DNA of 64,000 bases, taken from the NCBI GenBank assembly GCA_965207475.1, contig OZ242278.1, positions 551,127-615,126 of the forward strand, in the 5' to 3' direction. Made by a program: the position numbers and the translations under genes. Origin of the DNA: Gammaproteobacteria bacterium (GTDB lineage: Bacteria; Pseudomonadota; Gammaproteobacteria; UBA4575). Below the pieces are notes generated by a model. The model saw only the letters and a list, made by a program, of their open reading frames with translations. It made no database searches and was not told where the DNA came from. Positions 45,537 through 58,165 of this stretch are shown here, one piece after another (positions within the stretch are counted from its first letter, which is position 1; every line of letters starts with the position of its first letter).

Positions 45537-45908
45537 CTATTCTTCTTCAATCGGCCGGTCTACGAGCTCAACCAGGGCCATGGGCGCTTTATCACCCGGT
45601 CGAAATCCGCATTTCAAAATGCGTGTATACCCGCCGGGCCTCTCCCTGTATCGTGGTCCGAGTTCAGTAAAGAGCTTGCCTACACTGGCCTTGTCACGCA
45701 GCCTTGAGAAGGCCTGTCGACGTCTTGCGACGCTGTCTTCCTTGGCAAGGGTGATCAAAGGCTCCGCATAACGCCGCAGTTCCTTTGCCTTGGGCAAGGT
45801 GGTCTGGATGACTTCATGCGAAAACAAGGAATTTGTCATGTTGCTCATCATTGCCTTTCGATGAGGGCTGTTCCGGTTTAGCCTTCGGCCTGACTGGCGA
45901 TGTCTCAT
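45537..45908 (-). CDS. rplQ: 50S ribosomal protein L17
   Basis: [20 protein letters not shown] canonical L17 N-terminus; last gene of the alpha operon. Confidence 0.96.
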   Translation of the reverse strand: MRHRQSGRRLNRNSPHRKAMMSNMTNSLFSHEVIQTTLPKAKELRRYAEPLITLAKEDSVARRRQAFSRLRDKASVGKLFTELGPRYRERPGGYTRILKCGFRPGDKAPMALVELVDRPIEEE

Positions 45909-45929
45909 AGCAGTATCCTGTCAATATAA

Positions 45930-46919
45930 TCAGACAAATACCTTGCGGTCTTCACGTAAATTCGGAGGTGGCCAGTTTTCTAGGCGCATGCCCAGTGACA
46001 AGCCGTGTGTCCCCAGCACATCCTTGATTTCCGTCAAGGACTTCTTGCCCAGATTGGGTGTTCTCAGCAATTCCACCTCGGTACGCTGAATGAGGTCACC
46101 GATATAGTATATTTTCTCCGCCTTCAGGCAGTTTGCAGAACGCACCGTAAGTTCCAGGTCATCTACCGGGCGCACCAGGATAGGATCAATTTCAGGCTCG
46201 ACCTCGTCGGGCTCTGCCTGCTCGTCCCCCTGCAGGTCTACAAATACAGACAATTGCTGCTGCAGGACACCTGCAGCCTTGCGTATGGTTTCTTCAGGAT
46301 TCACTGTTCCGTTCGTTTCCAGGTCAAAAATAAGCTTGTCCAGGTCCGTACGCTGTTCCACACGCGCACTTTCAACCGAGTACGCGACTCTTCGAACCGG
46401 GCTGAAGCTGGCATCAAGAAGCAACGAGCCAATCTGGCGGTCCTCATCATTCCTGCGCTGGGTAGCAGGCTGGTACCCTCTGCCCTTTGCAACTTTCAGG
46501 GTCATGTCCAGTGTGCCCTGTTCCGTCAGGTGAGCGATCACGTGTTCCTTGTTTATGATTTCCACATCGTGGTCAACGGCAATATCTCCAGCCGTTACGA
46601 CTCCAGGCCCTTTTTTATACAGGGACAGTGTTGCATCGGATCTTTCGTGCATGACCACCGCCACACCCTTCAGGTTTAACAGTATGTCGACGACATCTTC
46701 CTGTACGCCTTCGATAGCCGTGTATTCATGCAGAACCCCTTCAATCTGCACTTCCACGATTGCACAACCGGGTATGGATGATAACAGTATTCGTCTCAGT
46801 GCATTTCCCAGCGTGTGACCGAAACCGCGGTCCAGAGGCTCCAGCACGACTTTGGCATGACATTCGTCAGTTACCTGAACATCAACAACTCTCGGCTTCA
46901 GCAACTCATTGGTGCCCAT
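45930..46919 (-). CDS. rpoA: DNA-directed RNA polymerase subunit alpha
   Basis: 329 aa; N-terminus LKPRVVDVQ...; alpha NTD/CTD pattern. Confidence 0.97.
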   Translation of the reverse strand: MGTNELLKPRVVDVQVTDECHAKVVLEPLDRGFGHTLGNALRRILLSSIPGCAIVEVQIEGVLHEYTAIEGVQEDVVDILLNLKGVAVVMHERSDATLSLYKKGPGVVTAGDIAVDHDVEIINKEHVIAHLTEQGTLDMTLKVAKGRGYQPATQRRNDEDRQIGSLLLDASFSPVRRVAYSVESARVEQRTDLDKLIFDLETNGTVNPEETIRKAAGVLQQQLSVFVDLQGDEQAEPDEVEPEIDPILVRPVDDLELTVRSANCLKAEKIYYIGDLIQRTEVELLRTPNLGKKSLTEIKDVLGTHGLSLGMRLENWPPPNLREDRKVFV

Positions 46920-46942
46920 CTGCGATAACCCCTTGCATGTAA

Positions 46943-47563
46943 TTACTTCGAGTACAACTCAACCACGAGTGACTCATTGATATCCGGAGGCAACTCGTCG
47001 CGCTCCGGAACGGATTTGAATCTGCCCTGCATCTTCTTGATGTCGACTTCGACCCATTCAGGAATCCCGATTTGCTCCGCAGCATTCAATGCGTCCTGTA
47101 TCCGCAGCTGCTTTCTGGATTTTTCACGCACTGAAATCACATCATCAGGAGAAACCTGGTAGGACGGAATACTCACTACGATTCCATTCACCTCTATCGC
47201 CTTATGGCTGACCAGTTGCCTGCATTCAGCGCGGGTGACCCCGAAACCCATCCTGTATGCGACATTGTCCAGTCTGCATTCCAGGAGCTTCAGCAAATTT
47301 TCGCCGGTAGAGCCTTTGAGACGCGAAGCCTTCTTGTAATAGTTTCGGAACTGGCGCTCAAGAACGCCATAAATGCGTCGCAGTTTCTGCTTTTCCCGCA
47401 GCTGCATTCCGTAGTTCGACGCCCGGCTGCGCTTGTCCCCGTGCTGGCCGGGCAGCTTGTCGATCTTGCACTTTGAATCGAGTGGCCTGGCCCTGCTTTT
47501 CAAAAACAGGTCCGTACCTTCACGGCGACTGATCTTACACTTGGGTCCTAAATAACGTGCCAT
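46943..47563 (-). CDS. rpsD: 30S ribosomal protein S4
   Basis: [23 protein letters not shown] canonical S4 N-terminus. Confidence 0.97.
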   Translation of the reverse strand: MARYLGPKCKISRREGTDLFLKSRARPLDSKCKIDKLPGQHGDKRSRASNYGMQLREKQKLRRIYGVLERQFRNYYKKASRLKGSTGENLLKLLECRLDNVAYRMGFGVTRAECRQLVSHKAIEVNGIVVSIPSYQVSPDDVISVREKSRKQLRIQDALNAAEQIGIPEWVEVDIKKMQGRFKSVPERDELPPDINESLVVELYSK

Positions 47564-47574
47564 CTTATCCCGCC

Positions 47575-47964
47575 CTATACTCTGCGTCGCTTTGGAGGAC
47601 GACAGCCATTATGTGGAATCGGGGTCACGTCGTTTATGTCGGTGATCTTGTACCCGATCGCATTCAGCGCACGGACGGCCGATTCACGCCCCGGACCCGG
47701 TCCCTTGATCCTGATCTCCAGGAATTTCAGCCCGTATTCCAGGGCCTGTTCCCCTGCACGCTGCGCGGCAGTCTGTGCGGCAAAAGGCGTGCTCTTGCGA
47801 GACCCCCGGAAACCGGAACCTCCCGAAGTGGCCCATGCCAGTGCATTACCTTGCCGGTCCGTGATCGTCACAATGGTATTGTTGAACGAGGCATGAATGT
47901 GCGCCACGCCATCCGTAACGGTACGCTTTGCTTTCTTTCGTGAGCGTGTTGGTGTTTTCGCCAT
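47575..47964 (-). CDS. rpsK: 30S ribosomal protein S11
   Basis: [30 protein letters not shown] canonical S11. Confidence 0.97.
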   Translation of the reverse strand: MAKTPTRSRKKAKRTVTDGVAHIHASFNNTIVTITDRQGNALAWATSGGSGFRGSRKSTPFAAQTAAQRAGEQALEYGLKFLEIRIKGPGPGRESAVRALNAIGYKITDINDVTPIPHNGCRPPKRRRV

Positions 47965-47987
47965 AGATTCGCCTTTACCCGCCTAGA

Positions 47988-48344
47988 TTAACGTTTGACC
48001 GGACGCCTTGGACCCTTGCGGGTACGCGCATTGGTGCGCGTGCGCTGTCCATGCAGAGGTAGTCCACGGCGGTGCCGGATACCTCGATAGGTCCCCAGGT
48101 CCATGAGTCTTTTGATATTTACGGTAATTTCACGGCGCAAATCGCCCTCTACACGGTATTTTGCGACTTCCGTGCGCAAACGGCCCACTTCATCCTCGCT
48201 TAAATCCTTGATCTTGGTGCTGGCCTGGACCCCTGCGGCAGCACATATCTTCCGGGACGTTGAACGGCCGATTCCGTAAATTGCCGTCAAGGCAATCTCT
48301 GCATGCTTATGCACCGGTACATTTATGCCAGATATACGAGCCAT
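47988..48344 (-). CDS. rpsM: 30S ribosomal protein S13
   Basis: [26 protein letters not shown] canonical S13. Confidence 0.97.
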   Translation of the reverse strand: MARISGINVPVHKHAEIALTAIYGIGRSTSRKICAAAGVQASTKIKDLSEDEVGRLRTEVAKYRVEGDLRREITVNIKRLMDLGTYRGIRHRRGLPLHGQRTRTNARTRKGPRRPVKR

Positions 48345-48444
48345 TCGATCACCCAGAAAGAGAATTGTCCGAAGACTTGAAAGAACAGAGAGTTTTAACA
48401 GTCAAGCAGTCTAAATCCATATCGAATCCTATCTTCAAAATTGC

Positions 48445-48558
48445 TCAGCCCTGGCGTTGCTTGTGCCTGGGGTCCGTACAGATCACGCGCACCACCCTGT
48501 TGCGCCGAATGACCCTGCAGTTCCTGCACATTCTTTTAACCGATGCCCGTACTTTCAT
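48445..48558 (-). CDS. rpmJ: 50S ribosomal protein L36
   Basis: Manual translation gives [37 protein letters not shown] (37 aa); below the track's 60-aa cutoff; expected position between secY and rpsM. Confidence 0.9.
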   Translation of the reverse strand: MKVRASVKRMCRNCRVIRRNRVVRVICTDPRHKQRQG

Positions 48559-48574
48559 GACGTCCTCTCTTCAA

Positions 48575-49918
48575 TTAACGTATATTTCCAGCCCGTCCGT
48601 AGCCCTTGAGATTCGCTTTCTTCATCAGGCCTTCGTACTGGTGCGACATCAAATGTGCTTGCACCTGGGACATGAAATCCATCACTACCACGACAATGAT
48701 CAGCAATGAAGTGCCCCCGAAATAAAACGGCACGCTGTATTTCAGGATGAGAAACTCGGGCAACAGGCAGACCAGGGTAATATAGATGGCCCCTACAGCC
48801 GTCAACCGCGTCAGGACACCATCGACATAGCGTGCGGTCTGCTCCCCCGGACGGATGCCCGGAATGAATGCACCCGAACGCTTCAGGTTGTCGGCCGTCT
48901 CCCGGGAATCAAAAACGATCGCCGTATAGAAGAAGCAGAAGAACACGATCGCCAGCGCATACAGCATGACATATAAGGGCTGTCCGGGGGATATGGCATT
49001 GGCCATATTCTGCAGCCAGGAGAAATTGCCGGTCGAACTGCTGGACCACTGTAACAACGTGGCCGGGAACAGGATGATACTCGAGGCAAATATCGGCGGG
49101 ATCACACCCGACATGTTCAGCTTCAGCGGCAAATGACTGGACTGTGCGGCAAACATTTTTCTTCCCTGCTGCCGCCGGGCATAGTTCACCGTGATGCGAC
49201 GTTGCCCCCTTTCCGCAAAAACAACGATCGCCGTCACCGCGACGGCCATCAGGAAAAGAAACAATGCAAAGGCCTCGCCAATGGCCCCTTGCGCAACCAG
49301 GTCAAGGGTGCCTCCGATTGCCGCCGGCAACCCGGCCACGATACCGGCAAAGATTATGATGGAAATACCGTTCCCGATGCCTCGTTCGGTAATCTGTTCC
49401 CCGAGCCACATCAGGAACATCGTTCCCGTAACCAGGCTGATCGTGACGGTAAACATGAATCCGATTCCCGGGCTGAGTGCTACCTGCTGATTCTGCAGGG
49501 CGACGGACACGCCGATTGCCTGAAAAGTCGCGAGGAAGACCGTGCCGTAACGGGTGTACTGCGTGATCTTGCGCCTTCCCGACTCACCTTCCTTTTTAAG
49601 TTCCTTGAGAGTGGGCATCACCGCACTCATCAGCTGCATGATGATCGATGCAGAGATGTAAGGCATGATGCCCAGCGCGAAAATGCTCAGGCGTTCCAGC
49701 GCACCCCCCGAGAACATGTTGAACATCCCGAGGATCGTACTGCTCTGCTGATCAAAAAATCTTGCCATGGCACCGGGATCAATTCCCGGTACAGGGATAA
49801 ATGTCCCGATTCGATATACAATCAGCGCAATCAGCACGAACACCAGCCTTTTGCGCAACTCGGTGACCCGGCCAAGACCAGCGAGGGTACCCACGGCATT
49901 TGTGCTGGCCCGGACCAT
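48575..49918 (-). CDS. secY: preprotein translocase subunit SecY
   Basis: 447 aa polytopic membrane protein with SecY signatures ([21 protein letters not shown]). Confidence 0.97.
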   Translation of the reverse strand: MVRASTNAVGTLAGLGRVTELRKRLVFVLIALIVYRIGTFIPVPGIDPGAMARFFDQQSSTILGMFNMFSGGALERLSIFALGIMPYISASIIMQLMSAVMPTLKELKKEGESGRRKITQYTRYGTVFLATFQAIGVSVALQNQQVALSPGIGFMFTVTISLVTGTMFLMWLGEQITERGIGNGISIIIFAGIVAGLPAAIGGTLDLVAQGAIGEAFALFLFLMAVAVTAIVVFAERGQRRITVNYARRQQGRKMFAAQSSHLPLKLNMSGVIPPIFASSIILFPATLLQWSSSSTGNFSWLQNMANAISPGQPLYVMLYALAIVFFCFFYTAIVFDSRETADNLKRSGAFIPGIRPGEQTARYVDGVLTRLTAVGAIYITLVCLLPEFLILKYSVPFYFGGTSLLIIVVVVMDFMSQVQAHLMSHQYEGLMKKANLKGYGRAGNIR

Positions 49919-50361
49919 CAGGCTTGCACCTTCCCGCCTGCCGCTTCAACCGCCTTCCTGGCACCCGGTGTGAACTCCAGGCCTTTGGTGTTCACGGCCG
50001 TGTCAATCGTACCTGACAGGATAACCTTGGCGCGTTTGGCCGCAGCATGGACCAGGCCGGCATCTTTCAATGCCTGGATATCCACCGGATCGGCATTGAC
50101 TTTTGCAAGCTCATGCAGGCGAAGCTCAGCGGTCTCAGCCGTCTTGCGTGAGCGAAACCCTATCTTTGGCAAACGCCGTTGCAGCGGCATCTGGCCCCCT
50201 TCGAAGCCAACCTTGTGATAACCGCCGGCCCGTGAGCGCTGGCCCTTGTGTCCGCGGCCACACGTCTTGCCAAATCCCGTGCCCATGCCTCGCCCCGCAC
50301 GCTTGCGCGTGGTGCGGCTGCCCGGTGCCGGCTTCAGGTTGTTCAGGCTGAGACTGTTCAT
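49918..50361 (-). CDS. rplO: 50S ribosomal protein L15
   Basis: [20 protein letters not shown]...[12 protein letters not shown] canonical L15. Confidence 0.96.
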   Translation of the reverse strand: MNSLSLNNLKPAPGSRTTRKRAGRGMGTGFGKTCGRGHKGQRSRAGGYHKVGFEGGQMPLQRRLPKIGFRSRKTAETAELRLHELAKVNADPVDIQALKDAGLVHAAAKRAKVILSGTIDTAVNTKGLEFTPGARKAVEAAGGKVQA

Positions 50362-50366
50362 GACCT

Positions 50367-50549
50367 TCAGGCTTCCTCGACTTTCAGCATGTAGGATATT
50401 TTCCTGATCATGCCACGATTTTCCGGCGTGTCGGCAACCGTGACCGGGTTATGGATACGCCGGATACCCAGGCCATGCGCACAGGCCTTGTGCACATCAA
50501 GCCTGCCGTTCAGACTCTTGACCAGTGTAACCTTCAGCTGCCCGCTCAT
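50367..50549 (-). CDS. rpmD: 50S ribosomal protein L30
   Basis: 60 aa; [27 protein letters not shown] canonical L30. Confidence 0.95.
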   Translation of the reverse strand: MSGQLKVTLVKSLNGRLDVHKACAHGLGIRRIHNPVTVADTPENRGMIRKISYMLKVEEA

Positions 50550-50570
50550 GATTCAACCCTTGCAATGCAA

Positions 50571-51077
50571 TTACGAAAGAATTTCTTCTATGGTTTTACC
50601 GCGTTTGGCAGCAATGTAATCAAGATCCTGCATGGCGCACAACGTGTTGACAGTGGCCTGCACCACGTTGATCGGATTCTTCGAACCAATGCATTTCGAC
50701 AGGATGTTCTTGATGCCGACAACCTCGAAAACAGCCCTCATGGCACCGCCAGCAATGATGCCTGTCCCCACGGAGGCAGGCTGCATGATAACTTTTGCCG
50801 CTCCGTATTGCCCGATAACCGGGTAGTGCAGGGTCCCGTCCTTGAGCGGCACGTGCCTCAGTTCCTTGCGTGCCTTTTCCATGGCTTTCCGGATCGCCAA
50901 AGGCACTTCACGGGCTTTTCCATAACCGATTCCAACCTTGCCGTTACTGTCCCCGACCACTGTCAGGGCAGTAAACCCGAACTGGCGACCACCCTTCACG
51001 ACCTTGGCAACTCGATTCACTGCAACCAGTCTTTCTTCAAGACCATCGGAAATTCTTGCGGGTTCTTTTACTACCAT
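50571..51077 (-). CDS. rpsE: 30S ribosomal protein S5
   Basis: [27 protein letters not shown] canonical S5. Confidence 0.97.
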   Translation of the reverse strand: MVVKEPARISDGLEERLVAVNRVAKVVKGGRQFGFTALTVVGDSNGKVGIGYGKAREVPLAIRKAMEKARKELRHVPLKDGTLHYPVIGQYGAAKVIMQPASVGTGIIAGGAMRAVFEVVGIKNILSKCIGSKNPINVVQATVNTLCAMQDLDYIAAKRGKTIEEILS

Positions 51078-51098
51078 CGGAACATGACTACCTGCTGT

Positions 51099-51452
51099 TT
51101 AAAACTTTAATCCGGCTTCGCGGGCGGCATCGGCCAATGCCTTGACACGGCCATGATACTTGAAACCCGAACGGTCAAAAGCAACTTCTCCCACGCCTTT
51201 TTCCTTTGCACGCGCAGCAATGACCTTCCCGACTTCCCGGGCAGCCTCTATGTTGCCGGTATACTTCACTGCCTTACGCAGATCCGCTTCCAGGGAAGAA
51301 GCATGTGCCACGGTTACTCCTGCATCAGGAGATATGACCTGTGCATACGTATGCCTCAGCGTCCGGTGAACACACAACCGGTGTACATTCAACTCGGAAA
51401 TCTTGCTGCGGGTCTTGCGTGCCCGGCGCATTCTTGCTGCTGTATTACCCAT
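51099..51452 (-). CDS. rplR: 50S ribosomal protein L18
   Basis: C-terminus [25 protein letters not shown] canonical L18. Start trimmed to [15 protein letters not shown] by alignment with E. coli L18 (track ORF to 51461). Confidence 0.95.
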   Translation of the reverse strand: MGNTAARMRRARKTRSKISELNVHRLCVHRTLRHTYAQVISPDAGVTVAHASSLEADLRKAVKYTGNIEAAREVGKVIAARAKEKGVGEVAFDRSGFKYHGRVKALADAAREAGLKF

Positions 51453-51465
51453 GTCTTGCAACCAG

Positions 51466-51993
51466 TTATTTCTTCTTCGCTTCCTTGCGAATCACTCTCT
51501 CGCCGGCATACCTCACTCCCTTCCCCTTGTAGGGTTCCGGGGGCCGGTATGCGCGTATTTCTGCGGCCACTTGCCCTACTTTCTGCTTGTCCATGCCCGT
51601 GACAACAATTTCGGTCTGGCTGGGCGTTTCAACCTTGATTCCGTCTGGCACCGGGTAGTCGACCGGATGCGAGAAACCCAGCGTCATCTTGAGCACCTTG
51701 CCTGCAGATTGGGCACGATAGCCTACCCCTACAAGCTCCAGCCTGCGCTCGAAACCCTTGCTCACACCCGTTACCAGGTTATGGATCAATGCCCGCATCG
51801 TGCCGGCCATGGCGACGTTGCTGGTCCTGTCCATGACCACCCGGATCTGGTTATCCGTTTGCTCGACACAAACGTCACGGTGAATATCCAGGGTCAATTC
51901 CCCGACCGGACCTTTCGCGGCAAGCTGCCGGTCCAGCAGTTTCACGTCCACTTCTGACGGAATCTCAACGGGTTGTCTTGCGATTCGTGACAT
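51466..51993 (-). CDS. rplF: 50S ribosomal protein L6
   Basis: [19 protein letters not shown] canonical L6 N-terminus (track ORF to 52008). Confidence 0.95.
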   Translation of the reverse strand: MSRIARQPVEIPSEVDVKLLDRQLAAKGPVGELTLDIHRDVCVEQTDNQIRVVMDRTSNVAMAGTMRALIHNLVTGVSKGFERRLELVGVGYRAQSAGKVLKMTLGFSHPVDYPVPDGIKVETPSQTEIVVTGMDKQKVGQVAAEIRAYRPPEPYKGKGVRYAGERVIRKEAKKK

Positions 51994-52016
51994 ACTGTAC
52001 TCAAGCAAACTGGAAC

Positions 52017-52412
52017 TTATTCAATCGTACACAACACTTCGCCGCCATGGCCTGCTGCACGGGCGGCCCGGTCCGTCATGACACCCTTTGAGGTGGAAAC
52101 CACTGCAATGCCCATGCCTCCCAGGATCCTTGGCAGGTCGTTGACCCCTTTATATTTCCTCAGACCGGGCCTGCTTACCCGCCTGAGCCGGGTAATGACC
52201 GGCTTGCCCAGGTAGTACTTGAGCGTGATGGTAAGCTCCGCCTTGGACTGCACCTTGCTGATCTCGAAATCCTCAATAAAGCCCTCTTCCTTGAGCACAC
52301 TTGCAATGGATGCCTTCAAGCCCGATGAAGGCATGGTCACGGTCACTTTTCTGGCGCTCTGGCCGTTGCGTATGCGCGTCAGCATGTCCGATATGGGGTC
52401 ACTCATACTCAC
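52017..52412 (-). CDS. rpsH: 30S ribosomal protein S8
   Basis: [20 protein letters not shown] canonical S8. Confidence 0.97.
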   Translation of the reverse strand: MSMSDPISDMLTRIRNGQSARKVTVTMPSSGLKASIASVLKEEGFIEDFEISKVQSKAELTITLKYYLGKPVITRLRRVSRPGLRKYKGVNDLPRILGGMGIAVVSTSKGVMTDRAARAAGHGGEVLCTIE

Positions 52413-52447
52413 GTTCTTGATCCTCTATCCTGCTTCATCCCGAATCC

Positions 52448-52753
52448 CTACCAACTGGCCTTGATCAGGCCCGGTATATCCCCGCGCATGGCAGCTTCGC
52501 GCAGCTTGTTTCGTCCGAGCCCAAACTTCCGGTAGTATCCCTTTGGCCGGCCTGTAATGCTGCAGCGGTTACGCAGTCGCACCGGGCTGGCATTCCTGGG
52601 CATCTTTTGCAATTGCAGCATGGCTTCCTGTTTTTCATCGTAACTGGTTGTGGGACTCTTTATGATAGCCTTGAGTTTCACCCGCTTTTCAGAACATCTG
52701 CGCACAACCTTGTTGCGCTTCTTCTCACGTTCGACCATCGATGACTTTGCCAT
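52448..52753 (-). CDS. rpsN: 30S ribosomal protein S14
   Basis: 101 aa; [13 protein letters not shown]...[17 protein letters not shown] canonical S14 (long, non-zinc form). Confidence 0.96.
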   Translation of the reverse strand: MAKSSMVEREKKRNKVVRRCSEKRVKLKAIIKSPTTSYDEKQEAMLQLQKMPRNASPVRLRNRCSITGRPKGYYRKFGLGRNKLREAAMRGDIPGLIKASW

Positions 52754-52767
52754 GCCTCACCTGTCCT

Positions 52768-53307
52768 CTATCGCTTGAATGGAAAACTGAAGGCTTCGAG
52801 CAATGCCTTCGCTTCCAAGTCTGTTTTCGCCGAAGTTGTAATCGCAATATCCATGCCGCGGATCGCATCAATCTTGTCATAGTCAATTTCCGGAAAGATA
52901 ATCTGTTCGGTGATGCCCAGGCTGTAGTTGCCGCGCCCGTCAAACGACCTGGGATTGAGCCCCCGAAAGTCCCGTACGCGCGGGATTGCAATGCTGATCA
53001 GCCTGTCCAGAAATTCATACATTCGTGTCTTGCGCAGGGTCACCTTGCAGCCTATGGGAAAATCCTCGCGGATGCTGAACCCGGCAATTGATTTTCGGGC
53101 CTTGGTCACCACGGCTTTCTGCCCGGCAATCTTCTCCATGTCCGCAATGACTTCCTTTATTGTTTTCTTGTCACGTGCCGCTTCGCCTACACCGATATTC
53201 AAGGTGATCTTTTCGATACAGGGCACCTGCATGATATTCCCATACCCAAGCTTTTCCATGAGTTGCTTGCGAACGGTGTCCAAGTAGTAATCCTGAAGTC
53301 GTGGCAT
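52768..53307 (-). CDS. rplE: 50S ribosomal protein L5
   Basis: [29 protein letters not shown] canonical L5. Confidence 0.97.
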   Translation of the reverse strand: MPRLQDYYLDTVRKQLMEKLGYGNIMQVPCIEKITLNIGVGEAARDKKTIKEVIADMEKIAGQKAVVTKARKSIAGFSIREDFPIGCKVTLRKTRMYEFLDRLISIAIPRVRDFRGLNPRSFDGRGNYSLGITEQIIFPEIDYDKIDAIRGMDIAITTSAKTDLEAKALLEAFSFPFKR

Positions 53308-53315
53308 AAGCGTTC

Positions 53316-53633
53316 CTAGATATCGATCACTTCATCATTGGACTTGAAGTAGCGGACCTTTTTATTGTCCTCAAGCGTTTTGAACCCCACACGGTCCCCC
53401 TGGTTCGTGGCAGGATTGAACAGCATGACATTCGACACATGAATCGGCATTTCCTGCTCGTTGATCCCTCCGGAAACTCCGGCGTTCGGGTTGGGTTTCT
53501 GGTGTTTTTTCACAACGTTTATGTTTTCCACCACTACGCGCTCTTCATCAATCACTCTCAGTACAGTCCCCCGCCGGCCCTTGTCCTTGCCGGCAGTCAC
53601 AATCACATCATCGCCTCTTCGAATTCTTTGCAT
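53316..53633 (-). CDS. rplX: 50S ribosomal protein L24
   Basis: [22 protein letters not shown] canonical L24 N-terminus (track ORF to 53651). Confidence 0.95.
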   Translation of the reverse strand: MQRIRRGDDVIVTAGKDKGRRGTVLRVIDEERVVVENINVVKKHQKPNPNAGVSGGINEQEMPIHVSNVMLFNPATNQGDRVGFKTLEDNKKVRYFKSNDEVIDI

Positions 53634-53684
53634 TATTGCCAGATCTTGCAAGCTTTCCTGCTTTACGACCGCCTCCGGATGAAC

Positions 53685-54053
53685 CTACAGTACTTCAGGA
53701 GCCAGGGATATGATTTTCATGAAGCGTTCTGTACGCAATTCACGTGTCACGGGCCCGAATATGCGGGTCCCCACCGGCTGCAACTGGTTATTCAGCAGCA
53801 CTGCTGCATTGCTATCAAACTTGACCAGCGATCCGTCAGTACGACGAACACCCTTGGCCGTGCGCACCACCACTGCATTGTATACTTCACCTTTCTTCAC
53901 CTTCCCGCGAGGAATGGCGTCCTTGACGCTGACCTTGATGACGTCGCCGATCCCGGCATAACGGCGCTGAGACCCGCCCAGCACCTTGATGCACTGCAGC
54001 TTTCGTGCCCCGCTGTTATCTGCCACTCCCAGCATGGATTGCATCTGGATCAT
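53685..54053 (-). CDS. rplN: 50S ribosomal protein L14
   Basis: [27 protein letters not shown] canonical L14. Confidence 0.97.
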   Translation of the reverse strand: MIQMQSMLGVADNSGARKLQCIKVLGGSQRRYAGIGDVIKVSVKDAIPRGKVKKGEVYNAVVVRTAKGVRRTDGSLVKFDSNAAVLLNNQLQPVGTRIFGPVTRELRTERFMKIISLAPEVL

Positions 54054-54063
54054 GTAAACCTCG

Positions 54064-54336
54064 TCACCCCTGTTGCTCTGCGCTCTGCTTGATGACTTCT
54101 ACCAGCCGCCACGATTTCTTCTTTGAAACAGGGCGGCATTCACGGATCGAAATCTTGTCACCAACCGTGCATACATTGTCCTCGTCATGCACGTGCAGCT
54201 TGGTAGAACGGCGGATATACTTTTCATACAGCGGATGCTTGACCTGGCGTTCCAGCAGGACCACCACGGTCTTGTCCATCTTGTTGCTGATCACCCTGCC
54301 GTGCAGTGTGCGAACTTTCTTGACCTCGTCAGTCAT
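54064..54336 (-). CDS. rpsQ: 30S ribosomal protein S17
   Basis: [23 protein letters not shown]...KLHVHDE matches the S17 N-terminus (track ORF to 54372). Confidence 0.95.
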   Translation of the reverse strand: MTDEVKKVRTLHGRVISNKMDKTVVVLLERQVKHPLYEKYIRRSTKLHVHDEDNVCTVGDKISIRECRPVSKKKSWRLVEVIKQSAEQQG

Positions 54337-54544
54337 GCTTACCTCTTGTGCCGCCCTCGGCCAGCTTTTCATTCATGATCGTCTTGACCCGGGCAATGCT
54401 TCTCCTGTTTGCCTTGAACTGGTGCACACGGGTCAGCTGGCCAATGCCGGACTGCATGCGCAGGTTAAACTGCTCTTTACGCAAATCAAGCAATTCCCTG
54501 TTCAGCTCGTCCAGGTTTTTCTTGCGCAGTTCTTCTGTAGTCAT
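54329..54544 (-). CDS. rpmC: 50S ribosomal protein L29
   Basis: [31 protein letters not shown] canonical L29; 71 aa, with a short C-terminal extension that would overlap the rpsQ start by ~8 nt. Confidence 0.9.
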   Translation of the reverse strand: MTTEELRKKNLDELNRELLDLRKEQFNLRMQSGIGQLTRVHQFKANRRSIARVKTIMNEKLAEGGTRGKHD

Positions 54545-54549
54545 ATCGC

Positions 54550-54963
54550 TTACATCACACTACGTGAAACAAACATGGTCCGGACCGGCAATTTTGCGCC
54601 CGCCAGCCTGAACGCTTCCCGGGCCACCTTCTCATCCACCCCTTCCATCTCATAAAGCACCTTGCCGGGCTGAACCTTGGCCACCCAGTATTCGACATTG
54701 CCTTTTCCCTTGCCCTGCCTGACTTCCAGGGGCTTCTTGGTCACCGGTACATCCGGAAACATGCGGATCCAGATTTTACCACCACGCTTGATATGGCGTG
54801 TCATGGCACGGCGGGCAGCCTCAATCTGCCGGGCCGTAACCCGTCCCCTGGTCACAGCCTTCAGGCCGAACTCTCCAAAACTGACCCGGTTGCCATTCAT
54901 CGCCAGCCCACGGTTGCGGCCCTTGTGCTGCTTGCGGAATTTTGTGCGTTTTGGCTGTAGCAT
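54550..54963 (-). CDS. rplP: 50S ribosomal protein L16
   Basis: [21 protein letters not shown] canonical L16. Confidence 0.97.
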   Translation of the reverse strand: MLQPKRTKFRKQHKGRNRGLAMNGNRVSFGEFGLKAVTRGRVTARQIEAARRAMTRHIKRGGKIWIRMFPDVPVTKKPLEVRQGKGKGNVEYWVAKVQPGKVLYEMEGVDEKVAREAFRLAGAKLPVRTMFVSRSVM

Positions 54964-54994
54964 CTATCCGTTCCTGAGATTCATGTATCCGCAG

Positions 54995-55669
54995 CTACCT
55001 GTCCGGATTCTCGTCCGTTTCCTTGGGATCCATGCCGAATACATCACCCTTGTATATCCAGGTCTTGATGCCAATGATCCCGTAGGTGGTCTTGGCCTCG
55101 GCAAAACCGTAATCAATGTTGGCGCGCAACGTGTGCAGGGGCACTCGGCCTTCACGGTACCATTCACTGCGCGCGATTTCCGCACCATTCAGTCGACCCG
55201 CAACATTCACCTTCACACCCAGTGCTCCGAGACGCATCGCGTTGCCCACTGCACGCTTCATGGCACGACGGAACGTGATCCGGCGTTCCAGCTGCTGGGC
55301 GATGCTCTCTGCCACAAGCTGCGAATCGATTTCCGGCTTGCGGATTTCCTCAATATTGATTTTTACATTGTTCACGCTCAGGCCCGTCCGCCGCGCGACT
55401 TCCAGACGCAAGGCCTCGATATCTTCCCCCTTCTTGCCTATCACGATTCCAGGACGTGCAGTGTGTATGGTAATGAACGCTGCCCGTGCAGGACGGTTGA
55501 TCTGGATTCTGCTGACAGAAGCCTGGGAAAGTTTCTTCTTCAAATAATCCCGAATCTCGAGATCACTGCTCAGGAAATCAGCATAATCCCTGCCGTCCGC
55601 ATACCACTTGGAGGTCCAGTCGGTAGAAATGCCTAATCGCAGCCCGGTTGGATGTACCTTTTGTCCCAT
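54995..55669 (-). CDS. rpsC: 30S ribosomal protein S3
   Basis: [24 protein letters not shown] canonical S3. Confidence 0.97.
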   Translation of the reverse strand: MGQKVHPTGLRLGISTDWTSKWYADGRDYADFLSSDLEIRDYLKKKLSQASVSRIQINRPARAAFITIHTARPGIVIGKKGEDIEALRLEVARRTGLSVNNVKINIEEIRKPEIDSQLVAESIAQQLERRITFRRAMKRAVGNAMRLGALGVKVNVAGRLNGAEIARSEWYREGRVPLHTLRANIDYGFAEAKTTYGIIGIKTWIYKGDVFGMDPKETDENPDR

Positions 55670-55771
55670 GATTCCTCTTCAATTCAGTTGCTACAGCTTC
55701 AAGTAAATGTTTTATGTCTCTGTGTCTAAAGTCTGACAGTTAACCTGGCATCGCCTGCCCTGCATGTCGCC

Positions 55772-56107
55772 TCAACCGTCACTGACGACCACCGTGATGT
55801 GACTCGTGCGCTTCATGATTCGCGCGGCGCGTCCCTTGGCCCGTGCACGAAAACGGCGATGTGTCGGACCGTCATCAACGAAAATTTTCTCGACCTTCAG
55901 TTCATCAATGTCCGCACCTTCGTTATGCTCGGCATTTGCAATCGCAGACTCCAGAACCTTCTTGATGACTCCCGCCGCCTTTTTCGGGCTGAACGAAAGG
56001 ATCTCAAGTGCCCGGTCCACGGCCTGACCACGTATCTGGTCCGCCACGAGCCTTGCCTTGCGCGGGGTAATGCGAATAAAACTCAGTCTTGCCGAAACCT
56101 GCATCAC
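55772..56107 (-). CDS. rplV: 50S ribosomal protein L22
   Basis: [11 protein letters not shown]...[24 protein letters not shown]...[11 protein letters not shown] canonical L22. Confidence 0.96.
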   Translation of the reverse strand: MMQVSARLSFIRITPRKARLVADQIRGQAVDRALEILSFSPKKAAGVIKKVLESAIANAEHNEGADIDELKVEKIFVDDGPTHRRFRARAKGRAARIMKRTSHITVVVSDG

Positions 56108-56379
56108 TATCTCGCCTTCCGGTCTCCCGAATGACCCCTGAATGTACGGGTGATGGCAAACTCGCCAAGCTTGTGCCCCACCATGTTTTCACTGATCAAA
56201 ATCGGCACATGCTGTCGCCCGTTGTGCACCGCAATCGTGACGCCCACCATTTCGGGCACGACGAATGAACGCCTTGACCAGGTCTTGATCGGCTTCCGGT
56301 CGTTGCTCGCAACCGCCTTCTCGACTTTTTTCATCAAGTGATGGTCTACAAACGGACCCTTGCGCAATGACCTAGGCAT
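56107..56379 (-). CDS. rpsS: 30S ribosomal protein S19
   Basis: [22 protein letters not shown] canonical S19 N-terminus (track ORF to 56400). Confidence 0.96.
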   Translation of the reverse strand: MPRSLRKGPFVDHHLMKKVEKAVASNDRKPIKTWSRRSFVVPEMVGVTIAVHNGRQHVPILISENMVGHKLGEFAITRTFRGHSGDRKAR

Positions 56380-56410
56380 GTTCCGATCCCGCAACTTCAA
56401 AATTCATGGG

Positions 56411-57241
56411 TTACCTTCTGTTTCTCCGCCGCACTATCAGGCGGTCCGTACGATGATTTTTCCGGGTCTTGAACCCTTTTGTGGGCATGGCCCAGGGCGA
56501 CACCGGATGACGCCCGCCCGAGGTACGTCCCTCGCCGCCTCCATGCGGATGATCGACCGGGTTCATGGCCACCCCTCTCACTGTCGGGCGGACCCCACGC
56601 CAGCGTTTTGCACCGGCCTTTCCCAGCTTGCGCAAGTTGTGCTCGCTGTTGCCAACTTCCCCTACCGTTGCACGGCATTCCAGCAGGACCTTGCGCGTCT
56701 CGCCCGAGCGCAAGCGCAACGTGGCGTAACTGCCTTCACGTGCCACGATCTGGACCGCGGCCCCCGCACTGCGCCCAATCTGCGCCCCCTTGCCCGGTTT
56801 CATTTCAATGCAGTGCACGACGGTTCCTACCGGGATGCTTCGAAGCGGCAGCGTGTTCCCGATTTTGATCGGTACCTGCTTGCCTGAGATGACCTCGCTG
56901 GATGCCGAAAGGTTTTTGGGGGCGATGATGTAACGCCGCTCCCCATCAGTGTACTTGAGCAGTGCGATATTGGCGCTTCGGTTCGGGTCATATTCAATTC
57001 TTTCCACTTGTGCAGAGATGTCGTCCTTGTCACGCCTGAAATCGATTACCCGGTATCGCCTCTTGTGTCCGCCACCCCGATGCCGGGTAGTAATGCGCCC
57101 GGCATTGTTGCGCCCGCCACTGCTCCCCTTGTCGCGCAACAGGGCCTTGCAGGGTTCGCCCCTGTGCAGATCGGGTGTCTTGACCTGGACAGTGAAGCGT
57201 CGTCCGGCCGATGTAGGCTTTGCTTTTACCAATGCCATCAC
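56411..57241 (-). CDS. rplB: 50S ribosomal protein L2
   Basis: 276 aa; [22 protein letters not shown] canonical L2. Confidence 0.97.
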   Translation of the reverse strand: MMALVKAKPTSAGRRFTVQVKTPDLHRGEPCKALLRDKGSSGGRNNAGRITTRHRGGGHKRRYRVIDFRRDKDDISAQVERIEYDPNRSANIALLKYTDGERRYIIAPKNLSASSEVISGKQVPIKIGNTLPLRSIPVGTVVHCIEMKPGKGAQIGRSAGAAVQIVAREGSYATLRLRSGETRKVLLECRATVGEVGNSEHNLRKLGKAGAKRWRGVRPTVRGVAMNPVDHPHGGGEGRTSGGRHPVSPWAMPTKGFKTRKNHRTDRLIVRRRNRR

Positions 57242-57253
57242 AAATCCCTGCTG

Positions 57254-57559
57254 CTAGCTGAACCCGCCCAAATTGATATCGCTGCCGGATTCCAGGGTCA
57301 CCACCGCTTTTTTCCAGGCCGCACGCCTGCCGGGCCGACCTCCGAAATTCTTGCGCTTGCCCTTCATGCTGATCGTATTGACATCGGTAACCTTGACGTC
57401 AAACAGCTTCTCCACCGCCTGCTTGATTTCGTGTTTCTTCGCATCCCGAACCACGCGAAACACATGCTGGTTGTCCCTGTCAGCACTCGTGGCCGTCTTC
57501 TCCGAAACATGCGGAGACAACAGCACAGTCATGATACGTTCCTCGCTCACTGCAGCCAC
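57254..57559 (-). CDS. rplW: 50S ribosomal protein L23
   Basis: [17 protein letters not shown]...VTLESGSDI canonical L23. Confidence 0.95.
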   Translation of the reverse strand: MAAVSEERIMTVLLSPHVSEKTATSADRDNQHVFRVVRDAKKHEIKQAVEKLFDVKVTDVNTISMKGKRKNFGGRPGRRAAWKKAVVTLESGSDINLGGFS

Positions 57560-58152
57560 TGTTCAATCTCCTGAAGTGCCGCCCTGGTGACCACCACGTG
57601 CTCGAACCTGAACAGGCTGACAGGGTCCAGACCGCCCACCTCCGTCACTTCCACTCCCGGCAGGTTGCGCACGGAAAGGTAAAGATTCTTGTCTGCCTCT
57701 TTCGTGACGATCAGCGCGGAGTCCAGTGCAAGTTCCTGCAGCCTGGCCAGGGCCTGTTTCGTACTGGGCGCGGTGACCGAGAAATCCTCTACAACATGCA
57801 GGCAATCCAGGCGGACCAGCTCCGACAAGATACTGGCATAGGCTCCCTTGACCATTTTCTTGTTCAGTTTCTGGCCAAAATTGCGCGGCTTGGCTGCAAA
57901 GGTCACCCCGCCTGACCGCCACAATGGACTGCTCGCCGTGCCTGCGCGCGCGCGCCCTGTGCCCTTTTGCCGCCAGGGTTTGGCACCACCGCCCCGCACC
58001 TCGCTCCGGCTCCTGTTGGCCTTGGAGCCACTGCGGGCACCGGCAAGATATGCCGTGACGGCCTGGTGCACCAGAGGTTCATTGAAACTGCGTGAAAAGA
58101 TATCATCCGATACCGTCACAGTAGATTCCGAGTTGGAGATTTTCAGTTCCAT
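57547..58152 (-). CDS. rplD: 50S ribosomal protein L4
   Basis: 201 aa; [15 protein letters not shown] canonical L4. Confidence 0.97.
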   Translation of the reverse strand: MELKISNSESTVTVSDDIFSRSFNEPLVHQAVTAYLAGARSGSKANRSRSEVRGGGAKPWRQKGTGRARAGTASSPLWRSGGVTFAAKPRNFGQKLNKKMVKGAYASILSELVRLDCLHVVEDFSVTAPSTKQALARLQELALDSALIVTKEADKNLYLSVRNLPGVEVTEVGGLDPVSLFRFEHVVVTRAALQEIEQWLQ

Positions 58153-58165
58153 ACTTCAGTCCCTG

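Noticed and set aside
45560-45620. Apparent 10-nt tandem duplication (cgaaatccgc) across the 45541/45601 line break inside rplQ
   Set aside because: I mis-read the line grouping. The printed lines are consistent with the track's L17 translation, with no duplication and no frameshift.
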